Source: Rhynchobatus australiae
Taxonomy: Eukaryota
Assembly (NCBI GenBank): GCA_034780895.1
Contig: JAUZTB010000107.1
Coordinates: 32,645,258-32,709,257 of the forward strand
Direction of reading: 5' to 3'
Length of the DNA: 64,000 nucleotides
Part shown: in pieces, positions 25,399 through 38,410 of the stretch
Numbering within the stretch: position 1 is the stretch's first letter
Layout: every line of letters starts with the position of its first letter
Made by a program: the position numbers and the translations under genes
The notes under the pieces: model-generated
What the model saw: the letters and a program-made list of their open reading frames with translations, nothing else
Told to the model about the DNA's origin: nothing
Database searches by the model: none

Positions 25399-28300
25399 AA
25401 TACTTTTTTTTTTAATGTCTTTTGATGCATGAACCAGTAAAGGATTAGGAGTTATAAGGGTGATACTTTTGCTAGGTATGAACTAATAAAAAAATATTGA
25501 GACATTAACACTTTTCGTAGTCGACTTAAATTCTCATTTTGCATACTTACATTCTATTGCAGTTCTTGAGGGGGGAAAAATAACTTTTGCTGTTAAGCCT
25601 CAATTTTTAACAAAGACTTCTGAACTTGTGTGTGTGATTTATTTATTTGTTGCATCTCACTCTGCAAGTCTCCTGAGAAATAAGCCTGAAATATTTAATT
25701 CAAATATTCTATTGCTTATCAGACTCTGTGGGGAAATTGATTTCTAAATGCATTTGACCTGCAAATCCATGTTAGCTTTTTATTGTCTATTTTGTTTTGG
25801 AAGAAGTGTGGGAATGAGACAGACTTCTCAGTCAATTCTCAGTGCTGCTGTTGCTAAATATAGGATGGCTGTCCATTGACCACTTGTATAAACATGGCGG
25901 TTTTGTTTCTTGGGTTACTTGCTTTGAAAATGGAAAACAACAGCTTGACATCAATTCAACAGAACTATTGGGGGAATGCATGAGTAGTAATAACTACCTT
26001 CATTTATTATCAGTTGGTACCTGATTTTAATTCCAGACAAGTTTGGAGAAGTGATGATGTATGCTGAAAGCTTTCTCCTTAAGAAACAAAATGTTAGGCT
26101 TATTTAATGGTTAATGCCACTTGAAATTCAGGCACTTGTTCTTTTTAGGAAGTGGTTTGGTGAAATAGGTTATGAAGGGAGTTTAGGCTCTTGGTTGTTT
26201 CCTATTTTGGAAGAAAAGGACTGTTGGTGACCTTGGGCTAATGCAGTGAGGTTTACTAGTGGTTTGGGAAGGTGCATTCCAGGGAATGAAATTTATTTTA
26301 ATTTGCTATTGGTGATAAGTTCAGGTGCAGTAGATAAGAGCAACTGAATACTGATTATTTAATACCTGACATTGATACTGTGGAAATAATGTTGGGTTTT
26401 GGCAGCACGAGTATTTGCCCCTCTCTTTTTGTGATCTAAACTTTGTTGTCTTTCATAATCCTGTGGGTTTAGTTTATATACAAGTAGCTGAAAGATATGA
26501 AGGTGTGACTAAAACTGGTAAAGATTTGAATAGATTGTTCCATCACACTATTATGTCTAGTGCTAGTTATGCTTTGTCAGTATATTTTAAGCATTGATTA
26601 GTATTGGGAGATGTGGTTGTTGAGTTGAGCATAAATGTAAATCACAGATGCTACTAAAGAAACTGTCAAGTATGAAACGTAATCATGACCTTGCCGGCAC
26701 ACAGAAAGTTGAATTCCATTTTCCTAACCTTTTGGGAAGCTATCTTTAGGATCTTATGTGTCAGTGAAAATCAGAGTCAAAGAAACAGTGGCACTTGAGA
26801 GTTACACATTCAAGATATGTTGACATTACAAATCTCTTGTTTATTAATGGGAGCAACATCATAAGTTGAATGATAGAGACAGCTGGATTATTTATCTTCA
26901 ATCACTGGTTATGCATGCACATTACTGTAGACTGAGTCATTGGTTACATTTGTGTACCTTATTTAAAAGATCTGTGTGATTGTGCCAAATCTGATTTTCA
27001 TAGGTACCTAATTGATTATAATTTTATAACAGAAAATTATTTTCTCCTGTATTTATGGGGAAATGCAAATTTTTTTTGTTTTGCATCTCCTCTAATAATT
27101 TTTGTCTGTGTTGGGAAGTTACCAAGTCGGGAATTAAAGCAATATATTTTGATTTTTCCTTATCCGTATAGATGTAAAATGGGCAGCTGACTTGCACTAT
27201 TGAGCAAAATCAGCTTTGCCCTGAAAGAGGTATGCCAGGAAAATCTAGTGTGCCCTATGGGCTACTGTAGAGCGGAGCAGAAGTTGGGCATCCACTGACC
27301 ATTGGTTGTTGGCCTAGTGTATAAAATTCAATTGTGCTTGAGCTCCAATGCCTCTGTAAACAGATTGGGTCTGTGTCCAGTATTTTTGGAGTGAAGGTGT
27401 TGGTAGGTGTTGTATCTGGTGTGAGGAAGCTTAGCAGACTTTGGGGAATTGAGGGTGTTGGAGAGCTGCGACTGTTGGAGTTGGAGGCTAGCTGTGTGTG
27501 ATGTGGAAAGGATTTGGTACAGTGGCAAATAGTGCTGGGGTGGGAGTTAGTGGATGATCCTGGTCCGTGTAGATCAAAGGTTTGTGGAATATGTGTTAGA
27601 GATTAAATGTACTGTTTTTAAATAGAATATTTTTCATTGGACACTCTCTCTTTCAATATTAGCTTGTGTAGTTTGTTTTAATTACTGCTCTTGAGTGCTA
27701 ATCTATTAATTTGTAAATTGCTGATCTTGTATTACTTGAAGGTTGTCACCATTTTAATAGTTCCACAATTAAAGGCACAGTACCTTTTTTATTTAAAGAG
27801 TATACATTTCATTTACAGCATAGCTTTTAAAATGTCACATTTGGAAATCGCTGTGTCTAAATCCTGAAACTCCCGATTCAGCAGTACTGTGGATAGTTTT
27901 TCTTATTATATTAAATTTCATTAAGAGAGGACTAGTTTTATTTCCAGATATTATTTACAAGGTTAGAGATTAATAAACTTGAATTGTGTATGCGAACTGA
28001 GCATTATATTTAGGATCATAAAGAGTGAATTATTACCTAGCATGAACATTTTCAAGAAACATATATGAATGGAAAGTTTCATTGGTTAAAAAGTTTTAAT
28101 GCAAAACTCTTGCACAGATTATTTGTATGTATATGCGTGTGTGTGTGTGTGTGTATAATATACTGTATATGTGTACATTAGGACTCATGGAGTGCAACAG
28201 CGATTTTCATTCCCCTCAAACAGAAACAAACTTTCATTGCAATACCAAGAAAATTTTGAGTTGGACGTGCAGGACAGGAAAACAACGTTTTGTGTGAGAA

Positions 28301-28799
28301 TCTGCAAATATAAAGATAAGTTAGTCACTTCTTTAAGCTCCACGGAGAAGAGTTGATTATAGTTTTCAGCTTTTTCTTGTAAATGAATATAGTTTTTCTT
28401 TGAATCAGTTACATTATTTATACATTGTGCATTTGGGAATAATTTTATTCCTTTCGTATTGCAGAGGATAGGAGATGGGGTGGGTTGAGGGTGGTGATAG
28501 GGAAGAAATATTTAGCTATGATGTCTTACCATTGTTGGTGTGAGGCAGGCTTGCTGGAAAGGTGGCTTTTTTCATGCTCATCAGTTTTGTTTGTAGAAAA
28601 TTTAAATTTTTATCATGAAGGAGGGATTTGATTATATGGGACAAAAGTTAATGTGCAGCCCTGCAGATGTTTTTTAANNNNNNNNNNNNNNNNNNNNNNN
28701 NNNNNNNNNNNNNNNNNNNNNNNNNNNNNNNNNNNNNNNNNNNNNNNNNNNNNNNNNNNNNNNNNNNNNNNNNNNNNGTCTTGGGTCTTAGATAATTGA

Positions 28800-29115
28800 C
28801 CTCCAGAAATTACAAGCATCTCCCTTTATGCAAGGTATGACTCCAGTCATTGAGTGTTTTTCCCCTCAATGCCCAGGAAGTTCAACTTCACCAGGGCTTT
28901 TTGATGCCACACCTAGTCAAATGCCATCTTGATACTGAGGGCACTCATTCTCACCTCACCTCTGGAGTTCACGTCCTTTGTCCTTGTTTAAACCAGGACT
29001 GTTAAGGAATCTAAGAGCTGCAGTGTGGGAAAAATCCAAACTGAGAATCAATGAGTAAGCTATTTGTGAGTAAGTGCCATCTGATTGTACCATCAACACC
29101 ACCTTCCACCACTTT
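28800..29115 (-). mobile_element. RT fragment of a CR1/L2-group LINE
   Basis: Minus translation KVVEGV...HLLTNSLLIDSQFGF...GEVRMSALSIKMAFD*VWHQKALVKL (QFGF and AFD.VWH RT motifs). Confidence 0.8.
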
Positions 29116-29227
29116 GAGAGGTACTCAAAGGCACAGCATTTGCTTCTTAAGCTCCTAGACCTTCATGAAGTCAGAAACATTACAAATGTATGGCTGATAA
29201 AAATGGAATTCTTTTCAAAGTTTCTTA

Positions 29228-29612
29228 GAGCAGCATAGTGGTACAATTGGTAGACCTGCTGCGTCATAGCCCCAGTGACCCAGATTCAATCCTGACCAAT
29301 GGTGTCTACTGTGAGGAATTTGCATGCTCTCCCTCTGAATGCATAGGTTCTTTTCCCCCACTCCCAATACCACTCCCTGCTCCCACGGGTGCGCTGGGTG
29401 GTTTCCTCCCACATCTCAAAGATGTGTTGGTTGGTAGGTTAATGCCCATTATAAATTGCCACTAGTATGCAGGCGAGCATAGAATCTGGGAAGTGGGAAG
29501 GGGAAGTGCAGGGAGGGAGTGATTGTTGGGCATATAGGGAGAATCTAAATTGGTGACTCACGGTTGGTGTAGGTGGGCTAAAAGTCTGGTTTCCATGCTT
29601 TGTGAATCATAT
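29228..29612 (+). mobile_element. V-SINE, older copy
   Basis: Head gcagcatagtggtacaattggtag, B-box-like gattcaatcc, core gaggaatttgcatgctctccc...ggtttcctcccacatctcaaagatgtg. Confidence 0.8.
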
Positions 29613-30515
29613 GGCCTGAGGAATGACCTATCTTTCAGAAGAATCTATTGATCAATGTAGCACAAACTGGTTGCAGCCTTTACTGCAGACATTGATAATA
29701 TCCTGCAAAGGTGAGTGATAAACAGTCTATATTTGTTGACATGTAACATTTGCATCATACAACAACTTCGCACCATGGGACTTTGATTACTGAAGAACAA
29801 ACCATACCTTGGGATAAAGCTGGTGGAGTAAAGTCCTCTAAATGATCTACAATCAACAAGATGCACCCAGAGACTGCTTGAAGAGTGGCCATTTCTTTGT
29901 CACACTGCCAACATCCTCCTCATCTCCCACTTGTTCTCCCTGCTCCTCTTAACCTCCATCTTATCCTTCTCTTCTTGTTGGAAAGTTTCAGACAAAGGCC
30001 AACCCCTCTTGTTGGTAATAAGCAAATGAGACCCAAATCTCAAAATATCTCAAGTAAGGACTTCTGTTGAGAGTGTAATATCTGTCCATTTGGAATTTGA
30101 CTTTAGCTCCTCCTAACAGTCCAATTTACACATTCCAATATTTTAGCCTTAAGTTCCAAATTAATCTGCTGGTTTGACAAGATTACCACTCATTGCAGCT
30201 GGTTTACAATTGTTTTACAATTCTGAATATGTAAATAAAATAAGACAGAAATTTCTATTATAATTTTTAGAAAAATCCATAACTATACATTTACTTACAG
30301 ATTCGAAAGCCAGATTTGGACACAGGACCATAACCATTTTCACTGTAAAGGGTGGTTGGATCACCTTTCTTACAATTGTTGTAACAGTTTCCATTTCTAC
30401 ACTGGCGTTTGCAAATAGTTGGTGTGAAGACTATTTTTATAGTTCCTACATTGACTGTCAGATTTGCACCTGCAAGAAATAACAGGTTCAGGAAATAAGC
30501 AAAATATAAATATTA

Positions 30516-30771
30516 GGGGGCAGCACAGTAGCATAGCAGTTAGCGCGACACTATTACAGCGCCAGCGATCAGGGTTCAATTCCAGTCGCTGTCTGTAAGG
30601 AGTTTGTATGTTCTCCCGTGTCTGTGTGGGATTCCTCCGGGTGCTCCGGTTTCCTCCCACATTCTAAAGACATACGGGTAGGTTAATTTGGGGTTTAAAA
30701 TGGGCAGCGCAGACTCGTTGGGCCGGAAGGGCCTGTTACCACGCTGTAAATAAAATTAAAAAAAATTAAAA
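30516..30771 (+). mobile_element. Full-length tRNA-derived V-SINE (HE1-like) with CR1-like tail
   Basis: A-box-like tagcatagcag, B box ggttcaattcc, V-domain ggagtttgtatgttctcccgtgtctgtgtgggattcctccgggtgctccggtttcctcccaca, tail gggccggaagggcctgtt, A-rich end. Confidence 0.92.
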
Positions 30772-31232
30772 AGATTCACAAGCAGGTTGCCAGGACTGGA
30801 GGGCTTGAATTATAAGAAGAGACTGGATAGGCTGGGACTGTTTTCCCTGGAGAGCAGGAAGCTGATGAATGACCTTAGAGGCTTATAAAATTATGAAGAG
30901 CACAGATAGGATAGGTAACTACAGTCCTTTTTGCCATGGCAGAGACATATAAAACTGGAGGGCATTGGCTTAAGGTGAGAGGTGAAAGATTTAAAGGGGA
31001 TCTGAGGGGCAAGTTATTCACACGGTGGGTATGTGGAACAAGCTGGCAGAGGTGGTGGTGGAGGCAGGTACAATTACAACATTTATATTTAAAAGAAAAT
31101 TTGGATAAGTAAGGTTTAGAGGGGTATGGCCTAAACGCATGCAAATAGGATTAGTATAGATAGGCATTTTGATTGGCATGGATGAGTTGGGCTGAAAGGC
31201 CTGTTTCCAGGCTGTATAACTCATAATTCTAT
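30772..31232 (+). mobile_element. CR1 3' end (5'-truncated)
   Basis: RFT..LPGLEGLNYKKRLDRLGLFSLE.RKL and GHWLKVRGERFKGDLRG; tail gggctgaaaggcctgtttcc. Confidence 0.93.
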
Positions 31233-31409
31233 TACACACTTTAAAATGCAAATATTATTAGGTGTACATATATATACATATTTGTATAACACTTAGTGGT
31301 GTACCTTTATTAGATTTTGCATTCTCTTTAAAAATGTATAAGCTGAGGTTTGTCGGCCTTTGCCTCATGTAGAAAAGCAATATTCCTATTTTCAGTGCAA
31401 AATCAAATC

Positions 31410-31610
31410 AAAAACCTGCAGATGCTGAAAATTTGAAATATAAATAGAAAATGATGGAAATACTCAGCTAGTCAGGCGGCATCTGCAGAAAGAGAAACAC
31501 AATTCTACTTCCTGATAAAGGTTCCTGCGCATGAAATGTTAACTCTGTTTCTTGTTCCACAGATGCTGGCTGACTGACCTGCTGAATGTTTCTAACAGTC
31601 TTCTGTTTCC
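31410..31610. mobile_element. Penelope-derived palindromic element
   Basis: ctgcagatgctgaaaatt...tcaggcggcatctgcag is inverted against cagatgctggctgactgacctgctga; central cctgataaagg...tgaaatgttaac. Confidence 0.75.
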
Positions 31611-31919
31611 AAACACAAAAGTGCCTTTATTTCCTCTGTCGTTAGGAAAGATCTAGAAATTAAATTGAAATCCTGTTCTGTCTTGCATTTGTTGTTCTAT
31701 ACCTTGCATCATTTCATTCGGCTGCAGACAAAACTGTGTTATTGCTAGCAAATTTGACTATGGTGATGTCACAAGTATGTTATTTTTACATAGTAGTGTT
31801 GAAAGTAAGATTTATTAGTAGGGCTTAAAAGTAAGATGCTTTCTTTATTTTCTTAAAGTAATGGGATAAGTTATTATTTCAGCAAGCTGTCCACAACAGA
31901 ATAATCAAGCATCTGGTTT

Positions 31920-32066
31920 AAGGTCCAGATACAGGGTTTTGACCCAAAACGTTGACAATTCCTTTTCTCCTACAGATGTTGCTGGACTTACTAAGTTCCT
32001 CCAGCAGATTGTTTGTTTGTTTGTTTGTTTGTTGCTCCAGATTTCAGCAACTGCAGTCTCATGTCC
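31920..32066 (+). mobile_element. Penelope terminal fragment with (TTTG)n
   Basis: gtccagatacagggttttgacccaaaacgttgac...gagttcctccagcag-like segment...ttgctccagatttcagcaactgcagtctc. Confidence 0.75.
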
Positions 32067-32515
32067 CAATCTTGTTTTAGGTCTTGTGTTAATAATACAC
32101 TAAAACATGTCACCAGAAGATGTCAAAAACTAGTCAAAGGTAGACTCTCAATTTTACCTTTTGTGCTCTTTCTGTGGTAGGGAATTGGCTATCTAAGATT
32201 TCTATCTCCATGTCACAGTATAATGGTGATCACACTTGAATAGTCCTACAGCGTACAATATATGGACTAACTGATCATTTATTTATTTCTTCATAGCACA
32301 AAGGAAAGTTTGTTACCCCACCTCAATATTCCATGACATAATTGAATAAGATTGTGATGCACGGTATTACTCTTGGGCATAGTTTTATGGTGTCAATAGT
32401 TCCTTAAGTGACAGATAATACCAAATTTGTAATGTGGTTGATTATCTCCTGCACTCCACAACTTTCTGTCAATGGATTGATCAGCTGGGTTAATGTAGAC
32501 ACAGGTGACACACTG

Positions 32516-32618
32516 AGGTCCAGGTGAAGGTTCTCGACCTGAGGCATTGACTATCCATTTCCTCCCATTAGATGCTACCTGACCCGCCTGAGTTCCTCCA
32601 GTGTTTTGAGTGTCTCCA
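32516..32618 (+). mobile_element. Penelope terminal fragment
   Basis: gtccaggtgaaggttctcgacctgaggcattgac...gatgctacctgacccgcctgagttcctccag. Confidence 0.75.
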
Positions 32619-33490
32619 GGTGGGTTAGTGCACTTCCATTTTGGGGAAGTGTAAGGTAATATGTGTGGGAAGGAAAACAGGAGAAGAGAATGCACGATAA
32701 ATGAGATGCCAAGAAATCTAGAGGTACAAAAGTTCTTGGAGTATGTGCCCACAGATCCGTGAAGGTAGCAAGACAAATAATGGTTAAGAATGAAATGCAT
32801 TTTAATGGATATGGCATACATTATAAGAGCAGAGAGGTCATGCTAGAACTTAATAAAATACTTATTTGACCATGGCTAGAATATTGGACTGCAAATTACA
32901 GGAATCTTGTGATAGCAGCAAACTGTGCAGCGGAGATTCATGAGGACATGAAAGACAAAAAAAAAGGGCCTGCAGACCTGCAGATGCTGGAAATCGAAAC
33001 AAAAATAGAATATGCTGCAAACTCTCAGCAGGTCAAGCAGCATCGTTTGTGTTTCTTACTACAGATTTTTCAAGGATGTTGCTGGGATAAAGAATTACAT
33101 TTAGGGAAGCATTTGACTGGCCTGGTATTGTAGGGGGAAAAATGTAGGTTGACAGATTTAATCAAGGCAAAGAAATCTTATGTGATGCCTTGACAGATCT
33201 TTTAGCAGAGAGGCCAGTAACCCGGAGATATAGATTTAAGTAAGTTAGAAGGATGAAAGCGAGGTTTATTTTCACACTAAGAGTTGAGGATTTGGAACTT
33301 GCTGCCTGTAAGAGTAGTAGAGACAGAAACTCTCATTGCATTTAATAAAATGAAATAATAAGCATTGAAGTGCTATATCCATGAAGATTCAGGACCAGAA
33401 GTTGGGAAGTGGAATTAATGTTTTTCTTGGCCAGTGTGGATGCAGAGAGCCTCTTTTAGAGTGTAAGCTCCTATGATTATATAATATGAT
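32619..33490 (+). mobile_element. Decayed CR1 3' half with a nested Penelope-type insert (~32950-33060)
   Basis: catttt gggga, gtcatgctagaactttataaaata-like and tttggaacttgctgcctg..agagtagtagag segments match CR1 HFG / VML.LYK / WN.LP..VVE. Confidence 0.7.
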
Positions 33491-35883
33491 ACGTGAGTGC
33501 TCAATAAACCACACATTTCCTCTTTTCTTGACGCAATGGCATTGTGCCAGCATGTGTTCCATCACACCTCTATAAAACAGTACTGTGTGTTTCATCACTC
33601 CACAGCACAGCTAATTGGTGTACCAAGCCATAAATACTGAAATGGTCTTGATTGACTTGTAAATTTTAGGATTGTGTTGATGCTTATCACTTACAGAATG
33701 TAATGCTGTATTACTTGACATACTCTATACTATTTCTCTATATCAAACATTATTGTTATTTGTGTATTGAAAATCCAGCACAATACAATTGTCCAACTGG
33801 ATTGGTTAGGTTAAAGTAATGAAAATAGGCCATACACAGTAAAAGGCAGATAATGACTTTGATACCTTGTGTAGTTTAATCTTAACCACAGTTCAAATAT
33901 GTCCCCCACCTGCCACCTGCATCTGTGCTGTCATGCCCACTCTTGCTCTCAAATGTGTGTGCGCGTGTGTGAGAGACATAGTTTCTCCTTCCTTATATTT
34001 TCGAAGACCAAGCCTTCAACTTAATTATAATCCTNNNNNNNNNNNNNNNNNNNNNNNNNNNNNNNNNNNNNNNNNNNNNNNNNNNNNNNNNNNNNNNNNN
34101 NNNNNNNNNNNNNNNNNNNNNNNNNNNNNNNNNNNNNNNNNNNNNNNNNNNNNNNNNNNNNNNNNNNNNNNNNNNNNNNNNNNNNNNNNNNNNNNNNNNN
34201 NNNNNNNNNNNNNNNNNNNNNNNNNNNGAAAAGTTTGTTTTTAAAAAAAACAGAAAGACTATTAGAGAACTATCTATTTATGTCTTGGATGTTAATTCAG
34301 TACTTCATTGTAGATATTTCCAATTTGCAGGAAAATGTTTAATTACAATATAGATTGTAAGTCGAGCCTTTCTGACGTGCAGGGTTGAAATGCAAACGAT
34401 TGCCTTTTCTTGCAGTGCTTATGTTTCTGCATGATTCTTGGTCTCCTGAGTCAGATATCTGAATTAGAGGTGAAGTTAATATTGCTTGGGCAATCTGATG
34501 GCATTTGAGGTCATTTTAATCCCTTCCTCAATCCAGCAACAGGTGGGCTTGGGTTGGGTGGGGGTTTAAAAATTAAATATCAGAAATAGAAACCCAGCTT
34601 GCTCTGGTTTTAATGGAGCAGGATGATAAATCCATTCTTGGCAACTCTGAACGTATGTCCAAACTTTGTAAGCAAGCATTCTGCCTAGATTTTAAACTAT
34701 TTTTTGTACTTGAAGCACATGGTGACTGGGTTTCATGGGCCTTAGGGAAACCTGGTAGGCAATAAGAGGTGAGAAGGGCTGCATCCATAAGATTTCCTTT
34801 ATTGTGCTTTATTATGATTCCCAAACTTCAACAAGCTACTCCAAGTTACTTTTCAGGCACATGAATTGTTTAATACCTCATTGAGAAGACATCCAGCCAC
34901 TGTTTTCATTACACTGTGATCTTTCTGGCATCCTTTTCCCCAGCCTCTAGCAATCTCTGTTCACACTCTTAACTACTATCTTCCTCTGTCCCACCACCCT
35001 CAAACAGATTCCCCCACTAATTTCTCCCTTTCTGGTGTTTCACTCTGCAGGCTTTCCCACTCAGCAGGCAGTCAGGCTGACTGTCAGCTGGAAGACCTGT
35101 GGAATTATTTGAGATATTAGGAAAACTTTATATTGTGTTTTCTGTTCATTGTTGATTTTTATCCTTCGCCATGTAAATGTCTTTCAAGCACTAGTCGCTG
35201 TCAGCAAATTATCTCCTACAAGCTGCCAGAGAAAATAGTTGCTGGAGAAAAAAATGCTACTAAAATAGTGGTCGGAGTAACAAACATGTATGTTTTGTAC
35301 CATTGTCATCAACAATAATTAACTTTGAAAATTCACTTTGTATGGTTTATGAAGACTGAGTGTGTAAAAGATTGGCTTTTTAGAATGTTGAGAATAAATT
35401 GAGTACTGAGTTACTTTCATAAAAACACAACAGATACTGATGTCGATGTTTTTCAAATATTGAGTTTTGTACAAAATACTGGTGGCGCTGATGGAAAAAG
35501 AAGTAACAATTCATCACAGTTCCTTGTTACCTTTTGCGTCTGTTACTACACAGCTTGCACTCAGCTGCTGAAAATTGCAAGACGGTTACTGGCCAAATGC
35601 TTCTGACCATCTCAAATTACAGAATAGGTTACTGTTAAAAGCTGTGTCTTTGGCAGAGAATCATTTCAGATTACGCTAGCGTGATTTCAAGCCAAAAGCC
35701 TGACTGTAAGCATTTATATTCTTTCTGTCTGGAACCATCATAAGTAATTGGAGAAGTGCTTTCATGTTTTTGCCTTCCATTAGGGTGACGGGGGAGTGAT
35801 GGTTCACACTCCTAGCTCCTCTCCTTGTATCAAAAGCTAGAAAGAATAAAGGTGAGGCAAATAAGGGTCCAAAACAGAGACCT

Positions 35884-36046
35884 ATGCATGATGACGTCTG
35901 CTTTAACTAAGCTTCTTAGTTGAAGCAGACCTTAACCAAACACGAGTTTGATTAAGGTCTGCTTCAACTAAGAAGAAGCTCAGTTAAAGCAGACCTCATC
36001 ATGCATGTTTGGTTTGGGTAAGGTCTGCTTTAACTAAGAAGAAGCT
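35884..36046. repeat. Long near-perfect inverted repeat with nested hairpins and a third partial arm
   Basis: Arms 35884-35941 and 35946-36006, 4-nt loop acga; partial third copy 36020-36046. Confidence 0.95.
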
Positions 36047-36224
36047 GCAGTAAAAGTACAAATAGTTGAGAGAAAAACAAGAAATGTCACAAGTGCATAG
36101 CAGGACAAGCAGCACCTGAATCTCACTGATGCAACCTGACTGAGTCTTTTCAGGAATTTCTGTTTTTTTTTTAAATCTCAGATTTTCATCATCTCCAGTT
36201 TTTGCACTTTGTGATAATTGAGGA

Positions 36225-36945
36225 GCTGGATGGGCTAAATTGATAGAGGGGATATCAAAATGGGCAAGCTCCATTTAAAGTAGATCAGATCCAAAACAAA
36301 TGTATCCTAGTTGTGGAAGAAACTAAGGCTGGATATTGCAGGAGTACTGACTGTAATCTTCAATTCACATTTGAATAAGGGGGCTGTGCCAGTGGACTGA
36401 GGGTGTTGGTAGAATGTTAGTTCCTTGCTTAAAAAAGAGAATAAGGGCAAACCCAATAACTATTAAAGAAATCAGTTTAGTGGGGAAGTTTTCAAGCTTT
36501 ACTAAAGAATAACACAAGGCTAGATTAACTATTACTTGGATGAATATAAATCAACTATTGAATGAGAAGCTGGCTCAGATATTAGGAAAATTGTTTAACT
36601 AAGTTGAATTGATTTTATTGGTAAGATAACAGAGAAGATTGACTGCATTGTAGTTGGTGCAAATATGGGCTTCCAAAAGTTCCCCATAGCAGGTTTGTCA
36701 CAAATTGAAGCCCATGAAATAAGAGGCAGTGGAGATGGAGTAAAGCGTTACAGCAAGCAGTTGTTCATTGGTCTGGAGGTGGATAGATTGGTGTGGAAAC
36801 CAGAATATGTATTGGGATTGCATGAACTGGGTCAATTAGAAAACTTTCAAATGAGAAGAAATTTGGAAGTATATTGAAATATAGGAAGCATGAACTCAAA
36901 GGGCCAAACAGCCTCCTGTGCTATTACTTTTCTATGATTCTGATT
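36225..36945 (+). mobile_element. Highly decayed, internally deleted CR1
   Basis: tgtatcctagttgtggaagaaa...gtgccagtggactgagg...aagggcaaacccaataactat (P.DW...KG...P.NY); tail gggccaaacagcctcctgtgct...ttctatgattct. Confidence 0.65.
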
Positions 36946-37142
36946 CTTAGTATTTAGAGCCCTTTAGAATTAGCAGTGGATTGAGCAGAAAGCTCCCCTG
37001 CTTCCAGGGGAGTGTGATAATAGTCACTGAGAAGATCCATCACCCAAAGAGAGACATGCTGTGGGCTTGCAATCCTATTTTATTTTATACTGAACAAATA
37101 ATGTACCAGTATGAATGGAACCAAGTTCTGTCTATCTTCTAT

Positions 37143-38410
37143 TATAGAGTCATAGAGCAATACAGCACAGATACAGACCCTTTGGCCCAACCAGTCCATG
37201 CTGATCACAGTGCCCATTAGCAAGTCCCAATTTCCGGTGTTCGGCCCATATCCCTCTGAGCCCCTCCACTCCATCTAACTATCCAAGTGCTTCTTAAGTG
37301 ACAGTGTTGTACCTACCTCAACCACTTCCTCTGTCAGTTCATTCTATATACTCACTATCCTCTGCATAGAAAATGTTGGCCCTTGGGTCCCATTTAAATC
37401 TTTCCCATTTCACCCTAAACCTTTGCCCCCTAGTTTTGCACTCCCCTACCCTGGGGAAAAGACTTGTTACAGTCCACCTTATCTATGCCACTCATAATCT
37501 TATACACTTCTATAAGGTCACCCGTCATTCTCCTATGTTCCAAGGAATAAAGACCTAGCCTGACCAATCTCTCCCTATAACTCAGGCCCTCTAGGCCTGG
37601 CAACATCCTAATAGACCTTATCTGCACTCTTTTCCAGTTTAACCACATCTTCCCTCTCACAAATTGACCAAAACTGTACAGAGTACTCCAGATGCAGCCT
37701 CACCAATGACTTGTACAACTGCAACATAATGTCTCAGCTCCTATACTCGATGCCCTGACTGATGAAGGCCAGCATGCTAAATGCCTATTTCACCACCCTG
37801 CTTATCTGTGGTGCCGCTTTCAATGAACTATTTACTTGTACTCTTAGGTCCTTCTGTTCCATTACACACCCTAGTCCCCTACCATTTATAGTATAATCCT
37901 ACACTGGTTTGACTTTCCAAAATGCATCACCTCACACTTATCTATATTGAAATCCATTTGCCTCTACTTGGCCCATTTCATTAACTGCTCAAGATCCCCC
38001 TGTAATCTATAATAACCTTCTTTACTATCAACAACACCTCCAAATTTCGTGTCTTACTGATCAAGCCTTGTGCATTTACATCCAAACCATTTATATAAAT
38101 AATGAGTAACAAGGATCCCAACACTGACCACTGTGGTGCACCACCAGTCACTGGCCTCCATTCTGAGAAACAACCTTCAATCGCCACCCTCTACTTCCTC
38201 TCTCTGAGCCAATTCTGAATCCACCTAACTAGCTGTCCTTGGATTCCATGGGACCTATCCTTCCAGACCAGTCTACCATGTGCAACCTTGAAGGCCTTGC
38301 TAAAGTCCAAATAGACAACATCCACTGTCCTACCCTCATCTACCCTTTTGGGTACCTCCTCAAAAAGACTTGTCAGGCATGACTTTCCACACACAAAGCC
38401 ATGCTGACTC
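37143..38410 (-). mobile_element. CR1 LINE, RT domain to 3' end
   Basis: ORFs give SQHGFVCGKSCLT, DVVYLDFSKAF, WRPVTGGAPQWSVLGSLLLIIYINGLD and MLPGLEGLSYRERLVRLGLYSLEHRR; tail atagagtcatagag. Confidence 0.95.
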
